Part shown: positions 36,156-44,792 of the stretch, one piece after another | Position numbering within the stretch: position 1 is the stretch's first letter | Layout of the letters: each line of letters begins with the position of its first letter | Source: Batkoa obscura | Lineage: Eukaryota | Length of the DNA: 44,792 nt | Reading direction: 5' to 3' | Assembly (NCBI GenBank): GCA_030770535.1 | Contig: JASVEC010000128.1 | Span: 1 to 44,792, forward strand | Notes under the pieces: model-generated | Seen by the model: the letters and a program-made list of their open reading frames with translations, nothing else | Told to the model about the DNA's origin: nothing | Database searches by the model: none | Position numbers and translations under genes: made by a program

Positions 36156-38118
36156 ATGTTAGTTAGATATTTACTCCCACTATGGTTATCCCTCTTAACT
36201 TCTATTTCCAGTGATATTCAAGATAATCAAATATTTGAAGACCTTTTGAAAAAAAGGAATGACTACCGTACAGCAGATAAAACTATGATTATATTGTAGT
36301 AGGTGGTGGATCTGCTGGTGGTATGGCTGCAATACAGTTAGCAAAATATGGATTTAAGACTTTATTAATTGAAGCAGGTCCAGAGCCAGAGATCACATAC
36401 AATATTACTATACCAGGATTTTCACCAAGAGCTTCTGAAGATGAAAAGATATCTTATGAATATTTTGTAAAACATTATCCAGAATCCACTAATCTAAGAC
36501 AAAGCGTATTCTATCCAAGAGTTGGTGCGCTTGGTGGATGCTCTATGCACCATGCTCAAATTACTGTTTATCCACAAAATAGAGATTTTGAAATATTATA
36601 TCAATTGACCGGTAATCCAGTGTTTAAAGAGGTCAACTTTAGAAATAAATACTTTAAACCTATGGAAAAAAACCAATATCAATTATTAGTTAGCAATCCA
36701 GATGATCATGGCTATAATGGCTGGTATCCCACCTCATATATTGAATATTTAAGATTAATATCACTTGATCCTTCTTTATTAAAGATGATTGCGTTTTTAG
36801 GTGGAGATGGCTCCTTTGATATTAATGGTTATGATAAGAAGAATCGTACTCAGTTAATGAGCGAAAAAGAGGGATTGTTTTTTATTCCACATGCAGTCAA
36901 TAATATGAACCAAACTAGAATGAACTATATTTTACAACTACAAATGGCTCGTGCTTTTAATGGCTTAACTATACTTACTGACACTTTAGCTACTAAGCTT
37001 TTATTTGATGAGAATAAAAAAGCCACTGGTGTTGAAGTTAGACATGGTAGCTACCTTTACAAAGCATCACCATTATATAAGCAGAATAGATTTGAGAATT
37101 CTGTTAAAAACACCTTTTTAGCAACTAAAGAAATAATTGTATCTGCTGGTACCTTTAACACCCCACAGTTATTAATGCTATCTGGAATTGGAGATTCAGA
37201 TGAGCTTAAGAAGTTAAATATTGATGTAATTTCCGATTTAAAAGGAGTAGGTAAAAACTTACAAGATAGGGATGAGATCCCATATATGTTAAAATTAAAC
37301 AGTGATTTAAACTTATTTAAGAATGTAACTTTAAAGCAGATTATAAAAATGATCGTTGCTTTAGAGATTATATTAATTTTAAAACCGGTCCTTACACTGT
37401 GGGTTCAGGTATTAGTGCAGAGACTTATAAATCCTTACCAGGATTAGGTGCTGCTGATACTTTTATTATTAATACTCCACTCTATTTTTATGGTTATTTT
37501 AAAGGATATTCTCAAGTAGCAGCTGACAATCCGCGTTATTTTACAAGATTAGTGTTAAAAGCGCGTACCCAATCTCAAGGCTATGTGAAGTTGAAATCAG
37601 CAGATCCAACAGATACACCCGATATCAACTTATTGAAATTTAATATTGGGGGTAAAGAAGATCTTACTTCTTTAGTAAATACAATTGAATATTTGCGCAA
37701 CCAAACCAAAAAGAATCTAGGGGATACTTATGAAGAAGAATTTCCAGGAAAAGAAATAAAAACTAGAGATCAAATAGCTAAATGGATTACTGAAATCACT
37801 TGGGGTCATCATGTTTGTTGTACAGCTAAAATTGGCTTAGATAATGATAAAATGGCTGTATTGGATAATAAATTTAGTGTACGTGGTGTCACTGGATTAA
37901 GAGTTATGGATATGTCAGCGTTACCTGAAATTCCTGGTTTCTTCCCTAATCTTTATATTCATATACTAGGTACTTATATCGCTGATCAAATTTATGAAGA
38001 ATCTAAAGGTAAATCTAATGAGCTTAAACAACAACCAAGTGAAGAATTGTTGAATTCTATTAATAAGAAAATGGATAGAAACTATATTGATATATTAAAC
38101 CCAGTTATTGATACTTAA
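36156..38118 (+). CDS. Secreted GMC oxidoreductase (AA3-like) with two apparent 1-nt deletions (pseudogene or sequence error)
   Basis: Signal peptide MLVRYLLPLWLSLLTSISS; YDYIVVGGGSAG, LIEAG, LGGCS, SAGTFNTPQLLMLSGIG, GVGKNLQD, WGHHVCCT, GLRVMDMS. Frameshifts at ~36280 and ~37322. TATAAATA at 36098. Confidence 0.9.
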
Positions 38119-38713
38119 TATTTTAAGATTCAGTGAAAATTAATATATTCCATTATTTAAAACATTGAATAAACAAATAAATATATTATTCAATATAGTA
38201 TAGTTATTCTTATTTTATAAATAAGCTATTATAAAAGATTATTAGACTCATCAAGGATGTGCAACTTTTTCTGATAAACATATATTATTATTTTACACAT
38301 TTTAGATTTACTCTTAAACACTTACCTTTAAACTTACCTAAATATAGCTTCCATGCGAAAACTCACTAAAAATATCTACAAATACAACAATATATTTAGT
38401 AAATATATTTATATTAAAGCTAAAAAAGGACCTAGACCTCCAGGTAGTTTATCGTCAAAATTCTTTTTAACTCAGTTTGTTTAACTTTTCTTTCTTGCTA
38501 CAATTGTAATATAATAAAAATATAGATTAATCTATTTTTCAATATTAACTTTAAATCCCACATTTGATGCTATTTAATTAAATGGAGAGGTGCATCTACA
38601 AAGACAAAGGACAAGTTATTATATGATAAAAACATATCAACATTGCTATTAAAAATTAGTAAAAAAATTCAACATTGATGTTCAATAAATACCCAGATGC
38701 CAAGATAATATAT

Positions 38714-38812
38714 GGGAGTGTTTTTTTTGACTTCATTATTTTTTCCATTTTTTAAGCACTATTTAAGCGGAAAATTCGTTAGTAAAATTCTTAAACACAA
38801 AAATACATCCCC
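38714..38812 (-). mobile_element. ~99-bp MITE copy (near consensus)
   Basis: ATAT TSD; nearly identical to 13434 and 26415. Confidence 0.93.
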
Positions 38813-38816
38813 ATAT

Positions 38817-38913
38817 GGAGATATTTTTTTGGTTTCATTACTTTTCCATTTTTTAAGCACTATTTGAATAGAAAAATTATTAGTAAAATTCTTAAACACA
38901 AAAATACATCCTT
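38817..38913 (-). mobile_element. MITE copy in tandem with 38714-38812
   Basis: Separated only by the shared ATAT. Confidence 0.88.
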
Positions 38914-38919
38914 ATGTAA

Positions 38920-40393
38920 TTAAAAAAAATAATTAAAATAAAAATATAGTAGTAAGAAAATCAAATAAGAAAGACTATTCAATAATTTCAAACTTTAAAC
39001 AAAATACAAAAATAAAAAAAAATAAAATTAAAGTTAGTAAATTTAAATCATTGTAATAAACAATCCATGTTGGTGTTAAAGTTTAATGTTTTATATTCAA
39101 AAAATAATAAAACAATAATCAAAGTTGATTTTGATCATTTATTTGAAATATTAAACTATGATTTAATATAAGCAGAAAATTATTCAATTGATTTTAAAAG
39201 AAAGTTTTTGTTTGTAGACATAATAAACTTAATAATTCAATTATTGATAGTGAGAAAACAGATATAATTTCAAAAAAATATAAAATACCAAAAAGTGTTT
39301 ATATTTTATTAAACATAATGATAAGCCATATTGTTATCCAGTATCTGATAGATTGAAAAAAGTGATATAGTTCTAATCAAAGTTATAAAATCGAAAGATC
39401 AACCCCAGCTTATTCTACAAAAATAACAAATAACTTAAGTTTCAATATTTATTAAGTAATTAAGAAGTCTATTAAATGATAGAAATCAATTATTAAAATT
39501 TGATATTACTTAGACTTATGAAATATCGCCTTGTTAGTCTCATGGTTAATTATAGCATAATAATCGCCTAAGCTGTTGTGTTCTTGAGTTCAGAGAAAAT
39601 CAATTCCCATGTTCTTATTTTGATTTGTTATGAGAATTTCTAGCTCCATCCAAAACAATATTATCTTTTCATTTTGATATTTATACTTTTCAGAGTATAA
39701 AAGAGTTTATAGAGTATAATAGTTCGAGGCTTTTTAACTGAATTATTCCCTGATATCTCGTAAATTTAATAAAGCCACTACGTTTTCTTAATAGTATTTT
39801 ACATAGATTTTACATTAGTATTGTCTATTCTACTTGTCTTATATAGCTAGTAACCTATTACGTGCTATTCCTCATAATCCAAGTCTATCTTAGTTACATA
39901 AACTAAGACCTTTCGACTTATAGTGTAGTCAACCCAGCAATAGCTGTTCTTGACTCCAAACCCTGAGTACCAGATTTCACACCTCACATACAGCTATTTG
40001 TCAACTTAGTGATATACTGATAATATAATTGTAATGTTAAAATAATTTGCTTATTTTATAGCAAATATGTAATGTTGGTTATAAAGCAGTAATAACAAAT
40101 ATCTCTCAATGAAGTTTTATAGGAATATGTATTTATTCACATACTATAACCTTGGCTAATGTCAATATATAGATTATGTTAATAAAAGTCTTGCTAATTC
40201 AGAAATTTCTATTAACTCTAATAGAAACTTTGCTAACTTGCAATATAAATCATAATAAGATAATTTAAAGCTCTATTGGGTTGGGTACTTTTGCTTTTTA
40301 ATAAAAAAATTTGCTCAAATTCTACAAAAGCAAACTTTTTAATTTTTAAATATTAAAAATTGGACAAAAAATGAAACCAATTTAGGTAACTTC
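38920..40393 (+). mobile_element. 5'-truncated decayed copy of the Sola2-like transposon
   Basis: Aligns by eye with 27400-29199, with internal deletions; right end AAAATTGGACAAAAAATGAAACCAATTTAGGTAACTTC resembles 29163-29199. Confidence 0.8.
39517..39981 (-). mobile_element. ~464-bp solo-LTR-like element (copy 3)
   Basis: TATGAAAT...ATTTCACA; no TSD, and ~120 bp of host transposon is missing at the junction. Confidence 0.85.
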
Positions 40394-40408
40394 ATGTTTT
40401 TAAGAAAT

Positions 40409-40503
40409 GGGGATGTTCTAATTTCATCACTTTTCCATTTTTTTAAGTGCTATTTGAGCGGAAAAATTGTTAGTAAAACCTTTAAGCAAAAAAGTACATC
40501 CCC
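40409..40503 (-). mobile_element. MITE copy
   Basis: GGGGATGT...ACATCCCC; flanks AAAT/ATAT. Confidence 0.88.
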
Positions 40504-41584
40504 ATATCCTTTGGTGTTTGACATGAAACTGTTTTTTCAATGATATTGGATCTTATCTTAAGAAGTCCACTTAAATTATCCATTTCTTTCACTTCAATAT
40601 CCAACTTAAGTATAAATTCCTCCTCTATTCTTTATGTTCCATTATATGGCTTCCCATTACAATGAACTTTTTACATTTGTTACTTAGTATTAATATTTTA
40701 GTCAACCAATTACTTATAATATATTACTTATTAGCTTAATGCACAATTTATTTGATATCAATATCAATATCTTGAGCTTTACTGAAATCAATTTATGTAT
40801 TTTATGATGCGATTTATTTGAAATCTAATTAGTCTATACTTTTCAATAAAATAAATATCCTAACTCGACCATTTGTGATTTCATTTCAATTTTAATGGAC
40901 TTAACCAGAGAAAGTTGTATTAAATATCTAGCTTAGTTTAGTTTTCTTCTTTCATATCATTCTTTTACTTTGTTTATCTCGTTTATTATTTGTATCTTTT
41001 CTAGGATTTACTTTCTATTTTATTTTCATCTATTAATTCATTTAGGAACTTGTTAACACTTTTGTTGTTTTATAAAATTTCTATTTTAAACTAAAGATCA
41101 GTTTTTTTCAATGAGTTAGATTCATGATATAAAGCAAAATAATAAACACATTTATTCAATAAGCATAATTATATATAATTTCTTATTATCATATTAATAA
41201 CAAGCTAGGAGTATTTATATACTAATCATATGTTACTTTGCTAAAGCTATCAATTACTATGGATTTTATGTCTTAAAAATTAAATATTTACATTTCAAGC
41301 ATTTGGAACAGAATCTTATAATAAAATACTTATTTTTTATCATAAATCTATCATTGTTAATGTGTTAATATTTATTTGGTTTTGTTGCTGCTAAGATTAT
41401 ATTAAAAATTGTTAAAATTGTCACTTCATTAATATTTAATAATCAAATCAGAATACAAATCAAAGCATAATAGTTTACTAAAAATATTAAATTTTGTCCT
41501 TTTATTTATCTCATAAAATCTTAAAGATCAATCTCGCCTCACTGTTAGAGACCTTAAGATCCTTCATCACTGCATAGCCCCTTT

Positions 41585-43024
41585 TTAGTCTTTATACCTA
41601 TTTAAAAATTCATCCTTGAAGCTTGATCCTTTAGCTAGCAAAATAAAACTTGGTGTTCCGTTTACAACTAAATAATTATTGGATGCCAACACCTTATTAA
41701 GTGTCAATCCCTTACCCACCTTAAATAACTTAGGTTTTGTTGCATTTGATGGAAAACTTTCAAAATAAATTTCAATATTTTCAACGGTGTATTTAGGATT
41801 ATTCTGATCATCCCAAGGGGCTGGTTGCTCAAACATAACTTCAAGATGATCTTTGAAGGTGTTGTTTTCATAATATTTTTCAATGAAATCACTTTCTTTG
41901 TATTCGGGATAAAGGAAAAACACAGGCCATATTAATTGTTGGGATTCGCGGTCATAAGTCACAGAATTATCTGCTTTTAAATCAGGTTGGTAGAGTTTAT
42001 CATTGGAATCAACAAAGCGGATGTTGGAGGCCTGATGAGAGGAGTTAGTATGTTGTTTTAAGTTAATAAATAGCAAAGGTTACTTTTAAAGCGTCTTGTA
42101 ACTCTTTAATTCTTAAAGCTTCAGCTTCTTCTTTTTCTTTTTTAACTCTTTCTTTTTCATCCAATTTGTTTTTCAATGAAATTATTTGTTCAAGTAACTT
42201 CTTCAACGGGGCATTTTCTGGATCAATCTAAAAATATTAATTAATAAACATATAAAACTTGGATAATTTTTTTTCTTACATTAAGTCCAAACTCACAACA
42301 ATCTTTAGCTTCATTAACTCTTTCTAAATAATATAATGCTTTTGCTGACCTATAACAAGCTTTGACGTTTTTATTATCAATACCTAAGGCTTTCGAGCAA
42401 TCAGTTAACACCATACGGTAATTACCTATAAATACAATCATCAATCATTATTTAATTTTCTCATTTTTATTTTTGTATTATTATTGTTAGTATTATCGTC
42501 TAATTTCAAAAAAACTTACCCAACTCTAAGTTGACAGCTGCTCTATTAATATAACAAATCACATTCAATTGATCATCTTTACTATATTGGTCTAAAGCTT
42601 GAGTGAAATATTGAATGGCATCTTTATATGAGGCCTTTCCTTGGGCAAAGCACTCATTTCCTAATTCTTTGAAGTTTTTGGCATTTTCTAAATAAAAATA
42701 ATTACTCACTCAATCTTTATCAATCCATTTTTCAATAAAAGAAAATAAAAACAAAAATAAAAACAATCAAATTATTAATGTTTCTTTGGCTATTAACTTA
42801 CCTTCTGGTGTGCCATCAAATTTCAATGTTTGTAAAGCAGCTAAAGCTACATTCTCTTCTGCATCCTCAGGTAAATTTTTCATGAATAAAGGTACTGAAT
42901 TCATTTCTTTATCTAAATTTTCACTACTAAACGCCCAACTAGGACGATTTGGTTTAGGTCCATTACTACCTTCAATGGAGTTGACTATGTTTTCTAACTC
43001 AAGAATTTTGTCCATGTTTTCCAT
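41585..43024 (-). CDS. CNS1: Hsp70/Hsp90 co-chaperone Cns1 (TTC4)
   Basis: VPLFMKNLP..NVALAALQTL.FDGTPE, AKNFKELGNECF, TPR repeats (NRAAVNLELGNYR), C-terminal wheel domain WPVFFLYPEY..SDFI; five exons. Confidence 0.92.
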
Positions 43025-43353
43025 TTTGTTGTTACTCTGATAAAAAGGTAAAGTCTAAAGTTCTGAGTTTATCTTTTTATTTTGCTAGGTTTTTTGCATA
43101 AAATTCAAGGCTTTGATAATAGAAGTTGTTTTATATAAAGGTAGTAAAATGTATAAGTGTTATTTTGTACTATAAAAATAATGGTAATTGGTATTATAAA
43201 TACAGTTTACTAATTTTGATCATTTTAAAAATTATTTCAAATGAAAAAAAACCATTAAATTTATTAAAAAAACTTCATTTAATAAACTAATTCATTATCT
43301 ATAAAAGACTGTTTCCTTCCTTTCCTTTCCTTCCTTTTTTTCGATTCCTTCCT

Positions 43354-43752
43354 CTAGCTCATCAACCATCCAAAAAATATAAGCGTCGCTACTGCTAATC
43401 CAATGAACAAATACCAATCCTGCCTTGTTCTCCTTTCAATAAAATTAATCAAAGTAGTGGAAAGTCCCAACGTATTAGCTGTATTTAAAGCTCTAGTCCT
43501 AGCTGATTTCAACATTTTTCGTTGTTCTTTTAAATCCAACAAACTACTTTGTCCTTGCAAAATAAAATCATCAAGTGAATTTTCACTGTTTTGAAGAAAA
43601 TGGTCTTCATCGATTTGGATATTAATGCTATCATTGGGAACATGATTGGAGAATAGTTCATTTCGATTGCTGGTATGTTCGACATTAAGGTCCATCATCC
43701 GTTGTCGACGTTGGCTTGTCTTTGGTTTATACCGATTGTTGATGGGTTCCAT
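43354..43752 (-). CDS. Bos1/membrin-like Qb-SNARE lacking the N-terminal Habc domain
   Basis: LDDFILQGQSSLLDLKEQRKMLK...ANTLGLSTTLINFIERRTRQD followed by a C-terminal TM segment; only 132 aa. Confidence 0.8.
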   Translation of the reverse strand: MEPINNRYKPKTSQRRQRMMDLNVEHTSNRNELFSNHVPNDSINIQIDEDHFLQNSENSLDDFILQGQSSLLDLKEQRKMLKSARTRALNTANTLGLSTTLINFIERRTRQDWYLFIGLAVATLIFFGWLMS

Positions 43753-43812
43753 TTTAGTTTTTTGTTTTACAAAGAGATAAAAGATAAGAAAATTTTCAAT
43801 TTTTAGTTGAGC

Positions 43813-43829
43813 CTTTTATATTTGCGTCA
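43813..43829 (-). promoter_or_regulatory. Putative TATA box plus bZIP-like site for the short Bos1-like gene
   Basis: Minus strand TGACGCAA-A-TATAAAAG about 60 bp before the ATG. Confidence 0.4.
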
Positions 43830-43945
43830 GCAATACGTTTTCAATTTTAATTTTTAAAACTAACTTCCAGCGTGGAAAAAACATAAAATATAAATATAAA
43901 ATAGCATCAAAAAAAAAATACATATATAATACACTAAATGAATAT

Positions 43946-44792
43946 TTATTCCAATTCTCTTAAATAAGCTAATAATCTTTTTTTATGAATAACCCCAATA
44001 AATTTACCTAATTTTAAAATACAAATATATCTTACACCTAACTTAATAAACATTTCTAATAATATATCAGCAGAAGAGTTATGGGCTATTGTTATTGGGG
44101 CTTGGTCAATAAATTGAAACACTAATTCATCGATTTCATTTAAAGGTATAGAATTAGTATTAAAATTAATTATTAGGCTATTATTGGGATATTTCTCTAA
44201 GTATAATATTAATATATCATTATTTAGATGTTATTATATATTATTATTATTATTATTACCTAAAACATGTTGTAAATCATTAAAATTTATATAACCGATA
44301 AGAATGTTATCATCTACTATTGGGAACCCGCCATCTGAGTAACCATAGTTTTCTATAGTAGAAGAATATTAGTTGAAATACATTTTGTAACTTTATCAAA
44401 TCTTAATATTTACGCATATCAGTCAACTTCAACTTTAAACTTTGTATAGTGTTAACTTGATTACAATTGATAATAGGTAAGTTATTATCCATTATATCTT
44501 TTAATTCATTTAGATTTTGATAATGATTTCCTTTATGTAAATATGGATATTCGTTTAATTCAATTAAATTATCATAAATACTATTATGTACTAAAGCATC
44601 TCCGGTCCATTTACTTATCATTACAGCTAACATAATTGGCTAATAGTAAATAATGATAAGTAAGCAATTTTATAAAATAAATGATTTACTTACCAAACCA
44701 TAAGATAATGAATTGGTTAATTCAAACATGATTACTACTAATGAAACTAGGTAATAAATGAATAATTATTATATAAAATTTATCATAATAAT
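43946..44792 (-). CDS. CLC chloride channel/antiporter (Gef1-like), 3' part; runs off the window
   Basis: LVSLVVIMFELT, PIMLAVMISKW.GD, IYD..I.LN.YPYL, GFPIV, CBS2 APITI...MFIKLGVRYI; several introns; TAA 43948-43946. Confidence 0.92.

Overview
Very AT-rich eukaryotic DNA with short GT-AG introns (about 47-115 nt). The gene set looks fungal, most like an early-diverging (zoopagomycotan/entomophthoralean-type) fungus; that taxonomy is inference only. Host genes: 3' half of a cytochrome P450, two identical divergent tRNA-Gln(TTG) genes, an arrestin-N-like protein, Sec20, Pol III subunit Rpc31, an LLP/DUF2423 protein, an unusual ~813-aa TFIIB-core protein, a HAL/NPR-type kinase, an NmrA-like reductase, a doubly frameshifted secreted GMC oxidoreductase, Cns1/TTC4, a Bos1-like SNARE lacking its N-terminal domain, and the 3' end of a CLC channel. 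The main unexplained structure is a nested mobile-element system with three parts. (1) A Sola2-like DDD transposon with TIRs (26099-29199) plus two more decayed copies, apparently carrying a second convergent ORF. (2) About 26 copies of a ~99-bp MITE with GRG...CYC ends and 4-bp TSDs, whose end resembles the transposon's end. (3) A ~464-bp TG...CA solo-LTR-like element whose three copies each sit inside a different transposon copy, at a different site and always in the same relative orientation. Degenerate LINE relics are also present. All alignments and motif calls were made by eye.
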